From positions 25,196-89,195 of the forward strand of contig JANPPC010000018.1 of NCBI GenBank assembly GCA_031428275.1: a stretch of DNA of 64,000 bases, written 5' to 3'. Below the pieces are notes generated by a model, which ran no database searches, was not told where the DNA came from, and saw only the letters and a list, made by a program, of their open reading frames with translations. Every line of letters begins with the position of its first letter. Position 1 is the stretch's first letter. Both the position numbers and the translations under genes were made by a program. Shown here piece by piece: positions 38,952-48,487 of this stretch. This stretch comes from Bdellovibrio sp. (lineage in GTDB: Bacteria; Bdellovibrionota; Bdellovibrionia; Bdellovibrionales; Bdellovibrionaceae).

Positions 38952-39936
38952 GACATCATACTCATCTTTTAAAAAACCAAAGTTTCATGAGCTTCCCGTA
39001 GTATCGCACAATAGCCATTTTCAATTCGGATACGATGAAGATAGTTTTGTATTTCGATCATCCCCTAACCAGAACTGGAATGTCAAATACGGTAGACCTT
39101 CAAGAGCGCCGCTCGACTTTAAAACAGAATGCATCCAAACAGCAAAGACCATACGAAGTAGCACAACCGACCCGATTCACATATTGTTCTCAGGGGGCGT
39201 CGATTCTGAAGTCGTGCTAAGGTCTTTCGTAGCCGCACAAATTCCGGTCACCGCGGCTATTATGCGATTTAAAAATGACCTTAATATTCATGATATTAGC
39301 TGGGCAGTTATAGCTTGCGAACAACTGAAAGTTCCATATCGTTTCTATGACCTTGATCTACTCCGGTTTTGGGATGATGAAGCTTGGGAGTATGCAAATC
39401 CAACTTACTGTATTTCTCCGCAACTTTTATCAACGATGTGGTTAGTCGATCAAATTGACGGTTATCCAGTTATGGGAAGCGGTGAATGCCTTTTTGTAAA
39501 ACATGTCGACCCAAATTATGTGCCCGGGGTAAGTCCGTATGTAAAATCAGACTGGTTTCTTTGGGAGAAAGAAAAAATTGCGGCTTGGTATCGGCATTTT
39601 ATAGTGCGAAACCGCAACGGTTGTCCCGGTTTTTTTCAATATACGCCAGAGCTAATTTATTCTTATTTAAGCGATCCATTTGTGCAGACCTTGATTGGAG
39701 ATCAAATTCACGGAAAACTTTCTACGGAAACTTCAAAGCTAAAAATTTATCAGCAGCATTTTTCACTTTTTAGTCGGCCGAAATATAGTGGATATGAAAA
39801 AGTGCAAATCCAAGATGCCCAGGTTCGCGCAAAGTTAGTACAGGCATTTCCTGGCACGAATCAGATTTTTAAAACATCTTGTACAGAATTAATTAAAAAC
39901 TTATCTGTGCTGGGCCATGATTCAGTACACGCATAA
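38950..39936 (+). CDS. PP-loop (SGGxDS) protein, paralogue 2
   Basis: LFSGGVDSE; close paralogue of 27471 (PGVSPY, EKEKIAAWYRH, KLKIYQQ). Confidence 0.72.
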   Translation: MTSYSSFKKPKFHELPVVSHNSHFQFGYDEDSFVFRSSPNQNWNVKYGRPSRAPLDFKTECIQTAKTIRSSTTDPIHILFSGGVDSEVVLRSFVAAQIPVTAAIMRFKNDLNIHDISWAVIACEQLKVPYRFYDLDLLRFWDDEAWEYANPTYCISPQLLSTMWLVDQIDGYPVMGSGECLFVKHVDPNYVPGVSPYVKSDWFLWEKEKIAAWYRHFIVRNRNGCPGFFQYTPELIYSYLSDPFVQTLIGDQIHGKLSTETSKLKIYQQHFSLFSRPKYSGYEKVQIQDAQVRAKLVQAFPGTNQIFKTSCTELIKNLSVLGHDSVHA

Positions 39937-40864
39937 TAATCACTTTAAATTTGGATATGCTCCAAATAGATTTTATCAGAAAAGAGCAAGCGCCCAAGAT
40001 CAATTTATCTTCGAGTACGGGGTGGCCAGTGGGTGTACCACTGATTGGCGTATATCTAACAAACAAGCTGCCGAAACGATTCGAGCCAATTTTAAAGGTG
40101 ATTTGTGGATATTATTTAGCGGTGGAACAGACAGCGAGTGCTGCATTCATAGTTTTCTAGACGCGGAAATTCCTTTCAAAATTGCAACCTTACGTATGAA
40201 GCGCAACCTTAATGATCATGACTTAAAATACGCTGTTCATTTTGCCAAGAGCCATAGCCTAGCGATAGAATACTTTGATCTAGATGTAGAAGAGTTTACC
40301 CAAGGCGATCAACTTTATCGCTATACTGATCCGATTTCTTGCGTCAGTCCGATTCTTGCTTGCCATCTTTGGCTTGCAGACCAAGTAAAGGGTGTTCCCA
40401 TCCTGGCTCAAGGCGAATGCCATTTGAAAAAAGAAGTGCCAAATGGCTACAAGCCCGGAGAAAGTTTGTACGAGCCCAGCAACTGGTGCCTATATGAAAG
40501 TGAGCGAGCATGTTCATTGTACATGCACTTCATTAAAGGTCAAAAACCAGCCGTGCCAGGATTTTTTCAGTACACCCCCGATCAGATATATACTTTTTTA
40601 ACTCAAAACCCTCTTTTAAAAAAGCTGACTAACAACGAGTTAATGGGAAAGCTTGGAACACGCTCAAGCAAAAACCAACTGATCCGACAATTTTATCCCG
40701 AGATTGAATTGCGGGAAAAATTCACCGGATTCGAAAAGATTAATGAGTTGCACGATCAAATAAGGGAAAAGCTTGCAGAGCGTTACCCAGATGCAGACAG
40801 CTACTCGAAAGAAAATTTCCATAGTCTTATAAAAAAAATGCAACCAATTCGAGATATTGAATGA
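39917..40864 (+). CDS. PP-loop (SGGxDS) protein, paralogue 3
   Basis: NNHFKFGY, LFSGGTDSE, AQGECHL and GFFQYTPD. Confidence 0.72.
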   Translation: MIQYTHNNHFKFGYAPNRFYQKRASAQDQFIFEYGVASGCTTDWRISNKQAAETIRANFKGDLWILFSGGTDSECCIHSFLDAEIPFKIATLRMKRNLNDHDLKYAVHFAKSHSLAIEYFDLDVEEFTQGDQLYRYTDPISCVSPILACHLWLADQVKGVPILAQGECHLKKEVPNGYKPGESLYEPSNWCLYESERACSLYMHFIKGQKPAVPGFFQYTPDQIYTFLTQNPLLKKLTNNELMGKLGTRSSKNQLIRQFYPEIELREKFTGFEKINELHDQIREKLAERYPDADSYSKENFHSLIKKMQPIRDIE

Positions 40865-41304
40865 ACTATTTCGCGAAATTTTTTTTAATTATGCTGGTTG
40901 TGACTGTCGTTTTTAACCTTGAGTATTTTCCATTTTCAAATTACGCAATGTACTCGAGGCCGCTTCTACCTGGCCCAACTTACACCTACTGGAAACTGCG
41001 CACTGTCGATCAAAATGGCATTGAACAAGACTTCAAAAACAAAAATTATTACTTATTTCATGCTGAGCAACCTTTGATTGAATCTTTACATCGCAATCAG
41101 TTCGCTCAAAAAGATTTGCAAGTAGTACTAATGTCTCTTTTAAAAAGAACTCGATATATGAATGCAAACTTTGTTGAGATACGTCTATATAAGGCCATAT
41201 ATCTTTGGCCAGAATACAAAGCGGCAATGTTGTTAGATTTACCAATTGAAGTGAAAGACTATGTTAGGCTAGAACTGTTGACTACGAGCGGGACGATAAA
41301 ATGA
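40861..41304 (+). CDS. HTTM-partner-like membrane-anchored protein
   Basis: N-terminal TM then FPFSNYAMYS, a motif type seen in HTTM-associated proteins. Confidence 0.5.
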   Translation: MNYFAKFFLIMLVVTVVFNLEYFPFSNYAMYSRPLLPGPTYTYWKLRTVDQNGIEQDFKNKNYYLFHAEQPLIESLHRNQFAQKDLQVVLMSLLKRTRYMNANFVEIRLYKAIYLWPEYKAAMLLDLPIEVKDYVRLELLTTSGTIK

Positions 41305-42134
41305 TTTTATCTCAGAAATATTCTTTAGAGGATGAAAAAGAAAATTTTGCTATTTTAAGGTTTATTTTTTATACGCTTCTACTTTTTTTTGTAAAAACTC
41401 AGTATATCGCCTCATACTCGCAGCTACCGAAACAGTTGTGGTTGCCTACTGGAATTTTTCAAATTTTCAATGAGCCAATTGTTTTTAATCCCCAAGCATT
41501 TATTTATATTGATATTATTTGGAAAGGATTAGCTATTTTTTGTGCTAGCGGATGGGAATTTCGAATATTTTCTAAAATATTTTTCGTGCTCACATTCATT
41601 TTATTTAACATTTCACACAATTATGGGTATCAAACTCATACAAATATGCCCTTAGTGCTGGCTTCATTTGCCTTAGCTTTTTGTGGTAACCACCGAATTT
41701 TTTGTGTGCGCGCACTATTCTGTGCAGTTTTTCTGAGTGCGGGGCTTAGCAAATTACGAAATGGCGGATTAGATTGGATTACAACCGAAAATCTGCAAAA
41801 TGTACTAGTGCGAAGTCAAATCTATTATCACGACTTACATCCACTCGCCCATAAGGTAAGATTAAATATAATTTTTGCTAAACTTCCATTGTTTCTAAAT
41901 TTTTCGGCAGCTTTTATTGTAATTATAGAACTGATATCCCCACTGGCTCTTCTGAGTAAGCGATTTCGACTTTGGGGCGTGTTGCTGCTTCTTGTATCCC
42001 AAATTATTATTTACTTTACAATTTATGTAAACTTCGCCGCGTACCTTGTGCTTTATGCTTTCTGGATCGACTGGAGCCGGGTGCATAAATACTTATATAG
42101 ATTTACAATTGGTCAGATTGGTTACTATGATTAG
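41301..42134 (+). CDS. HTTM-like polytopic membrane protein
   Basis: About 7 TM; LSAGLSKL...GLDW and IELISPLALL resemble HTTM/VKGC-like proteins. Confidence 0.55.
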   Translation: MILSQKYSLEDEKENFAILRFIFYTLLLFFVKTQYIASYSQLPKQLWLPTGIFQIFNEPIVFNPQAFIYIDIIWKGLAIFCASGWEFRIFSKIFFVLTFILFNISHNYGYQTHTNMPLVLASFALAFCGNHRIFCVRALFCAVFLSAGLSKLRNGGLDWITTENLQNVLVRSQIYYHDLHPLAHKVRLNIIFAKLPLFLNFSAAFIVIIELISPLALLSKRFRLWGVLLLLVSQIIIYFTIYVNFAAYLVLYAFWIDWSRVHKYLYRFTIGQIGYYD

Positions 42135-42140
42135 TTATTT

Positions 42141-42899
42141 ATGGGAGCAGTGATGAAAACTCTAACAATTGTTCTTTTGTTAGCTTTGAACGTATTCGGC
42201 CAAAATTCGGTCCCGCCGTCGCCAAATAATGGCCCAGCAAATACAAAAACTGCGATTACCCCAACGCCGGTTAATAGGCCTTACGCGGGTAATCCATTGA
42301 TCAAAAGAAGAAACAACAAGTTTTATGCTAGAATTGCAGAGAAAAAAGAGATTGTATTACCGGACCCAGAATTTGTTTTTAAAGCTGATCAGTTTCCAAA
42401 CTATAAAAATGATTATAAGCAAAGGTTAGATTTATCAAAAAGTTTAGCAAGACAGTATATCGAAGATTTCGAGACAGAATATTTAAAGACTTCGGGACAC
42501 GTTGTTTCCAGACCTTTCTTGGCAGCGCAAGTTGTGGATGCGTTTGAAATTTTAGAGCGTACACCGCCAGAACTTTTGGACGTTACGCCATTTACCGCCC
42601 CTAACTATAGGCCTAAACTTCATGCAGTCTTAAGTAACTACATCATTAGTTTCGAGCGATCTAAGTCGCCCGAATTATTTAATAAACTGAATGAGCAAGC
42701 AAGCCTACTTAAAGCCCAAGATGAAACGATTAAAAAATTAACATTAAAAATTGCAAATTTAGAGGTCAATTCGACATCTGAAGGCAATAAGCAGTCTTAC
42801 TTAGAACTTATCAAGAGTAAAAAGGTCATCGTCTCAATGGTTATGTCTTTGATTATTTCAATGTTAGTATTTGTTGGATTCAGTTTTCTTAAAAATTAA
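42141..42899 (+). CDS. Exported protein with Pro/Asn-rich N-terminus and C-terminal membrane anchor
   Basis: Signal peptide, NSVPPSPNNGPANT...TPTPVN, coiled coil and C-terminal TM. Confidence 0.65.
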   Translation: MGAVMKTLTIVLLLALNVFGQNSVPPSPNNGPANTKTAITPTPVNRPYAGNPLIKRRNNKFYARIAEKKEIVLPDPEFVFKADQFPNYKNDYKQRLDLSKSLARQYIEDFETEYLKTSGHVVSRPFLAAQVVDAFEILERTPPELLDVTPFTAPNYRPKLHAVLSNYIISFERSKSPELFNKLNEQASLLKAQDETIKKLTLKIANLEVNSTSEGNKQSYLELIKSKKVIVSMVMSLIISMLVFVGFSFLKN

Positions 42900-42913
42900 A
42901 ATTTTTTTATGGA

Positions 42914-43648
42914 TTAGGTTCGCTGAAAAATTTTAATAAGTAGCCCTGTCACATCAAGCTCATACCAGCGATTGCCAAAATAGGATTTTTTAGGAAAACG
43001 GTGATGGTTATTATGCCAGCCCTCACCCCAAACTAAATATCCAAGTAGCCAATTATTACGAGACTCGTCTTTACACGTAAAAAGTTTATATCCGACGAGA
43101 TGCCCAATGCTGTTCACAGCACTTCCTGCATTCCACAAAATTGCCGCTGGAAATAAATAAGCGGAAACAATCAGAAATGGATCAACGAGGCCCAAAAGTA
43201 AAACGTAAAACAACTGAACGAAAAAATAGTTCTTGTGCAAGAATCGATGGATAGGACTTTTAATTAAATCAGGTACTCGACGCAAATTAGGTCGATAGAA
43301 CATACTTAAAAATTGCACCTTCCAAAAAGTTGAGTGATGTGGGCTATGGGGGTCATGAATGGTGTCCGCATACTGATGGTGATCGCGGTGAACGGCGCAC
43401 CAGGCTAAAGACGAGCCAGTTAGACCTAAAGTACCTAAGGTGGCCCCTATGGCCTCAAAAAACCGCGGCGGCTTCCAGCTTCGATGTGAAAGTAGCCGGT
43501 GGTAAGTCATGTTCATACCAATACAGCCGGTTAAAAAATAGATGGTAAGAGAAATCAGATAATCTTGCGGCTTGGCTAAAGCGACCATTGGGAAGATGGC
43601 AAGGTGCGCCACAATTTGAAATAATAAAAGTAAGTAAGCCGATCTCAT
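42914..43648 (-). CDS. Membrane acyl desaturase (delta-9/OLE1-like)
   Basis: HRLLSH, HRDHH, DPHSP and GEGWHNNHH. Confidence 0.9.
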   Translation of the reverse strand: MRSAYLLLLFQIVAHLAIFPMVALAKPQDYLISLTIYFLTGCIGMNMTYHRLLSHRSWKPPRFFEAIGATLGTLGLTGSSLAWCAVHRDHHQYADTIHDPHSPHHSTFWKVQFLSMFYRPNLRRVPDLIKSPIHRFLHKNYFFVQLFYVLLLGLVDPFLIVSAYLFPAAILWNAGSAVNSIGHLVGYKLFTCKDESRNNWLLGYLVWGEGWHNNHHRFPKKSYFGNRWYELDVTGLLIKIFQRT

Positions 43649-43753
43649 TTAGCTTAATACTAATTCATACTTTGGAAAAAAAGTAAGTTTAAAAATGAAT
43701 TTTAGCTTTATAAGTTAAACGGGCATGTATAGAGGTCTTGGATTTATGATAGT

Positions 43754-44587
43754 TTGCGGCGCTTCAAAGTACAATTTCTGCATCATTCGAACTACAATAT
43801 GACAATGTCGGATAATATGACCAGCACGATCAATACTTTATCACGAAGCCCTTTGGCAAAAGATCAAATTAAAAAGTTGTGGTCGAAACCAATTATTGTA
43901 GATGACTTTTTAAGCGAGCAAGAGATGAATGAACTTAAAAGTTCCATACTTACTTCCGAAAAAATTCACCGGCATAGTTCGTATGAGAATGAATTAGAAG
44001 TTCGTTTTTTAACCAAAGAAAAACTACCTCCGATCCTTTTTCAAAAGCTTGAAATTTTTCTTAAAAGTTTTTCCATAAAAAGCATATTTGCTTTCGATAG
44101 TAATAAACCTTTTATGCTTCACACAGACTCAGGGTTAAGAACGGACACCTTGCCGTATAAAAACATAACGTTCTGCTTAGAAAAAAATTCTTTTAGCGAG
44201 CAGCTTGTTTTATATAATGCATTTGGATATTTTTCGACATCCATTACGGATTTTGATAGTTTTGCTTATTCGAAAGAGGTAGTAGAAAATTACAACTACT
44301 TACTCGCTACTCCAGAAGAGTTTGTAAATAGCGAAAACTGTTACATTCCAAAAGAACACTCAATAGATCAAAGCAATTTTAATAAAAATCAACTTCTTGC
44401 CCATATACCGTCGAAGTTAACTTCACATTTTTCTATCGCCGACGTAATTGAATTTAAGTATAACCGACTTATCATTTTCGATTCTTGCCAGCTTCACTCA
44501 GGTTCGGCACTTAAATCAGTCTATTTGTCCGAAAAAATGAAAAGAATGACCATATTTACAGAAATTTTTTTGGAGACCATTGAGTGA
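43754..44587 (+). CDS. Fe(II)/2OG oxygenase-like protein 5
   Basis: LHTD...NRLIIFDSCQLHSG...KR; start uncertain. Confidence 0.6.
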   Translation: MRRFKVQFLHHSNYNMTMSDNMTSTINTLSRSPLAKDQIKKLWSKPIIVDDFLSEQEMNELKSSILTSEKIHRHSSYENELEVRFLTKEKLPPILFQKLEIFLKSFSIKSIFAFDSNKPFMLHTDSGLRTDTLPYKNITFCLEKNSFSEQLVLYNAFGYFSTSITDFDSFAYSKEVVENYNYLLATPEEFVNSENCYIPKEHSIDQSNFNKNQLLAHIPSKLTSHFSIADVIEFKYNRLIIFDSCQLHSGSALKSVYLSEKMKRMTIFTEIFLETIE

Positions 44588-45381
44588 AAATGAAGCATTT
44601 CTATATTCCAAAAGGAATTCTTTTCATAACTTTACCCCAGCACTTGCTAGGTGCCGCACTAGCTTTTTATCTTATTTTTTCTGGGAAAGCGTCCTTGATT
44701 TGGATTATACTGTCCTACGCTTGTTGGGTTTTAATTGGTGTTGTTGGTGTGGGAATATTCTACCATAAATACTTTGCGCATAAAAGTTTTGAAACTTACA
44801 TGCCCGTCGAGACTCTTGGCGCATACTTGGGCGTATTAGCTGGATTAGGTCCACCAATCGGGTGGATAGCACTGCATAATGATCATCATCATAAACACGC
44901 AGATCAAAATTTGCTTGATGTGCACAGTCCGATTCATGGTAAATTTAGCGCCTACATGGGATGGCAATTTAGTAAATTTTCTTTGAAAATGGATTCAGCT
45001 AAGCGATTACTTTCAAAGAAAAATCTTAAATTTTTCGGGCGCCACTATTTTAAGACCTACTGGATCACGGCCGCCGTGCTTTTTTTAGTTCATCCCTTCT
45101 TGCCAGTTTTTGCACTTTTTGTTCCTGGCTGCATTCACTATCATGTTGAGGGATTTATTAGTTGCTTTGGTCATACAAAAAAAATTGGTTATCGCAATTT
45201 TGATACGGCCGATAATAGTGTCAATATTCTTTGGTTCGGAATTTTATCTTGGGGAGCAGGGTTTCACAACAATCACCATCGCTATATTTCGGCGATGCAC
45301 TATCAAATCAAGCCATACGAAATTGATTTAAGTCGCCTTATTTTATTTCTTATCCCGAAGAAAAAAATAAAATTAACGTAG
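44584..45381 (+). CDS. Membrane acyl desaturase (delta-9/OLE1-like)
   Basis: HKYFAH, HNDHHH, HSP and GAGFHNNHH. Confidence 0.9.
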   Translation: MKMKHFYIPKGILFITLPQHLLGAALAFYLIFSGKASLIWIILSYACWVLIGVVGVGIFYHKYFAHKSFETYMPVETLGAYLGVLAGLGPPIGWIALHNDHHHKHADQNLLDVHSPIHGKFSAYMGWQFSKFSLKMDSAKRLLSKKNLKFFGRHYFKTYWITAAVLFLVHPFLPVFALFVPGCIHYHVEGFISCFGHTKKIGYRNFDTADNSVNILWFGILSWGAGFHNNHHRYISAMHYQIKPYEIDLSRLILFLIPKKKIKLT

Positions 45382-45382
45382 G

Positions 45383-46222
45383 CTAAGGATATAAATCTTC
45401 TTGGCTTTCTAAATTGGCCACCAAATGTAATCGCGGCGCGGCGCCTTTATTTGCCACATAATGCGTGTAGCCCGTATTAACATACCACATTTTACCGTCG
45501 GCCGGCATATGCGCAGTCGTCACTTTTGTGCCATCCGTTATGTAATTAAAAGTCGAATCCAAATTTGTAAAAATAGGTATGTGCACTCGAATAGAATAAT
45601 CTGTGTTGTAATCAATGTGAGGCTTGCCCTCGAAGCCGGGCATCAATACGGCAAGCCTGACGCGGGTAAATTTAGCCTTGAATGAGTTCAATATTTCTAG
45701 AAGCATGCCTTTGGCGTTGTCTCCAGGAACATTATAATTTCGCTCATCGAGTTGAGGCTTGTATTCGATCGAGTCTCTCTCTATTGCGCATCGAATCGCT
45801 TTTCTTTTGTCAGTTATAGGATCTAAAAAATTAATATTCGGATATTTTTTTGAGTCAAATTTTGTAATAGCTAGTTGCCGATACATTCGTCCATTATGAA
45901 GACCGCGTGCTCGTAAGGACTCTTCGTCACTAATAAAGCGGGTATGAGTCTCATTGTACTGGTTGCAAAGATGTACATACTCACCGCCAAAATCTAAATC
46001 TGAATATAGAGAATAATTATCGAAGCCGAATTTAATAATTTCTTTCTGAAGAGCAACAATATCAAGGGCCGGTCGAGGCAAGACTTTAAACAAGGGAAGA
46101 TGCTCTCGTGTTAATTTCATCGATAATTTTGATTCTGCAGAATCTAACATTGTTGCCCCCTTAGCTACATTAGTTTTAACGGGGAAGACTGAAGCGTCAA
46201 TAAAAACTATATTCTGGTTCAC
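45383..46222 (-). CDS. Fe(II)/2OG AspH-like oxygenase 6
   Basis: TRVRL, KPHID, RVHIPI and THYVAN...PRLH. Confidence 0.8.
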   Translation of the reverse strand: MNQNIVFIDASVFPVKTNVAKGATMLDSAESKLSMKLTREHLPLFKVLPRPALDIVALQKEIIKFGFDNYSLYSDLDFGGEYVHLCNQYNETHTRFISDEESLRARGLHNGRMYRQLAITKFDSKKYPNINFLDPITDKRKAIRCAIERDSIEYKPQLDERNYNVPGDNAKGMLLEILNSFKAKFTRVRLAVLMPGFEGKPHIDYNTDYSIRVHIPIFTNLDSTFNYITDGTKVTTAHMPADGKMWYVNTGYTHYVANKGAAPRLHLVANLESQEDLYP

Positions 46223-46286
46223 AAGACCTTCGTCAAAATATGTCGTGAACGAAGATTCAAGGCAAAAATTAATATATAATTATTGT

Positions 46287-47189
46287 ATGGAAGTATTATG
46301 GCTGGTCTCGCTATTAACACCGATAACTTATGCGATATCGGTTATAGAAGCGGGAATATTATCGTATTTTTTAAAGAAATCTTATGACTGGCATGCAGCT
46401 TGTGCAAACTGGGCTTGTGGGCTTGGCAAAACAATTGTCTACCTGTTTCCATATTCTATCCACGTGCCGATTTTTAGATATGTATGGGATAATCGAATTT
46501 TTGACTTATCAATTACGTCCGAGGTTAATTTAAAGAATACTTGTCTTGTAATTGCATTACTAGTGGGACAAGATTTCTGCTATTACTGGAGCCATCGTGT
46601 TTCCCACCATGTTCGTTGGTTTTGGGCAAATCATGTTGTCCATCATTCGTCAGCGCAGCTAAACTTGAGTGCGGCTTTTAGAAACGGATGGTTTACAAAG
46701 TATAACGGGACCTATTTATTTCTAATTCCTTTGATTTGGCTTGGTTTTTCGCCTTGGTTAGTATTATTTGCACTGTTTTTGAATGTCTACCAATTCATTA
46801 TTCATAATACATGGACTCCGCGACTAGGTTGGCTTGAGTATGTATTTAACACGCCCTCTTCTCACCGCGTGCATCATGCTAAAAATTCAGAATATATTAA
46901 TGCTAATTTCGGCGGCATATTTATTGTTTTCGATATTATGTTTGGAACCTATGTAGCAGAAAAAAAAGAAATTCCATGCCAATATGGGGTAGAAAATCGC
47001 GAAACGGATTACAATCCGATAAATATCGAATTGATAGAGTGGAAACATTTCTACAGGGATTTAAAAAGCTCAAAAAATTTAGGCGAAGCTTTAAATTACC
47101 TAATCAAAGCCCCTGACTGGATGCCCGCCCGATATTTAAATCCAAAGATAGGACCTGACAAGAAGTTAGAGACTGAAAAAGTTAGTTAA
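46287..47189 (+). CDS. Sterol desaturase / fatty-acid hydroxylase family (AGMO-like)
   Basis: HRVSH, HVVHHSS, FIIHN, HRVHH and NFGGIF. Confidence 0.88.
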   Translation: MEVLWLVSLLTPITYAISVIEAGILSYFLKKSYDWHAACANWACGLGKTIVYLFPYSIHVPIFRYVWDNRIFDLSITSEVNLKNTCLVIALLVGQDFCYYWSHRVSHHVRWFWANHVVHHSSAQLNLSAAFRNGWFTKYNGTYLFLIPLIWLGFSPWLVLFALFLNVYQFIIHNTWTPRLGWLEYVFNTPSSHRVHHAKNSEYINANFGGIFIVFDIMFGTYVAEKKEIPCQYGVENRETDYNPINIELIEWKHFYRDLKSSKNLGEALNYLIKAPDWMPARYLNPKIGPDKKLETEKVS

Positions 47190-47836
47190 ATAGGTAACTT
47201 AAAAAGTGGATTTACCTGACTCCAAGCTTTGAACTCTTTAAAGCTGATCCCGAAATTAATAACTAAATGAACTCGCTCAACTTTTTCTGAAAAATTAAAA
47301 AAAGCATGTGGGACAGTTGAATCAATAGCAAAACATTTTCCAACGGGCATGTGCACTTTCTCGACCAGCTTATTTCCTGAATAAAAACAAAAAACATTTT
47401 TTTCATCTGTTACAATAGGCCAATGTACTCGGGTTACATTCTCTGAGAAATCATCAATGTGCCTTGGGACACTACTTCTAGGCTGCATTTTGGAAAACCG
47501 AGCTCGCAGGGGCTTAAGACTCAACGAATTAAAAATTTCTTCCATGTAATGCGTAACATTTTTATTCCATACAGAAATTGACTGCCAGTCATATTCGGAT
47601 AGTTTTTTTTCGAAAGTGCCTACTGACTGAAGTACATTTACGGAATCATTTTCATGATCTTCGTTTTTAGACCTCGAAGTTAAACCAATTCCTGAATAGC
47701 CACCGAAATTTTCGCCATATTCAGAGTAGTCTACCCATTTTTTTTCATCTAAATAGGTCAGAGCTCGATCAACATTTAGGTTGAATGTATCGGGAAGCTG
47801 CGTCCAGTATTGTGGTGAATTAAATTGGGATTTAAT
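47186..47836 (-). CDS. Fe(II)/2OG AspH-like oxygenase 7, probable ATT start
   Basis: Frame is open 97 codons upstream of the tracked ATG. AAGAGGAG SD lies 6 nt before ATT at 47836. Carries FGGYSGIGLTS, PRHID and PHAF...ERVH. Confidence 0.75.
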   Translation of the reverse strand: MKSQFNSPQYWTQLPDTFNLNVDRALTYLDEKKWVDYSEYGENFGGYSGIGLTSRSKNEDHENDSVNVLQSVGTFEKKLSEYDWQSISVWNKNVTHYMEEIFNSLSLKPLRARFSKMQPRSSVPRHIDDFSENVTRVHWPIVTDEKNVFCFYSGNKLVEKVHMPVGKCFAIDSTVPHAFFNFSEKVERVHLVINFGISFKEFKAWSQVNPLFKLPI

Positions 47837-48000
47837 ATTGGGCTCCTCTTGCTAGATTGTGGCAAAGTGGGTATGCCGGATCAAGGTCTAAATTTGGTAC
47901 ACTGAATAAGGTAAAGCGTTAAAGCCGTGAAATTTTATTCAAAATGGTTATACTAGGGTATGAGCTTTAAGAAAGTATCGCTAATTATCAAGGCCTATAA

Positions 48001-48444
48001 ATGAAGCGTAGAAGTTTAATTAAGCTATCATTTTCACTAAGTATATTAAGTTTTTTAGGACTTTATTCAAACTCTGAATATTCCAGCGGCGGCAAATTGG
48101 AAGTCATCTTCAAATTACCCGAAGGAATGTCATTTAAAGAATATGAGCAAACTGTTCCGAGATGGGTCAATTTTAGCAAATTCAAAAGCGTTTTGTCTAA
48201 ATACTATTACCAAGGAACTTTGCTTAGGACTCAGAAAATTTACGACGACTCAAGAACGCTAAGAACTGTTTACCACTTTACGAATGAAAAAACAGCTCTC
48301 CAGTTCTGTGAAGAATCGATGAAGTCGTGTAATTATAACTTTGCGGCTCGAGATAGCTTAGGAATTCAAACAAAAACATACATTAACGGAAAAAGAAAAG
48401 AATTTACTACAGCGCGAGGCCTGGGCCTTACAGTAAAGGGCTAA
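48001..48444 (+). CDS. Hypothetical protein with twin-arginine-like signal
   Basis: MKRRSLIKLSFSLSILSFLG. Confidence 0.6.
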   Translation: MKRRSLIKLSFSLSILSFLGLYSNSEYSSGGKLEVIFKLPEGMSFKEYEQTVPRWVNFSKFKSVLSKYYYQGTLLRTQKIYDDSRTLRTVYHFTNEKTALQFCEESMKSCNYNFAARDSLGIQTKTYINGKRKEFTTARGLGLTVKG

Positions 48445-48487
48445 AAAGCATTCGAAATTATAAATTCTTCTAAAGCGATGGTACAAA

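Noticed and set aside
27471-40864. Lasso-peptide or other RiPP cluster (AsnB-like SGGxDS cyclases)
   Set aside because: No transglutaminase-like B protein, PqqD/RRE or short precursor ORF is visible, and intergenic gaps in the island are small.
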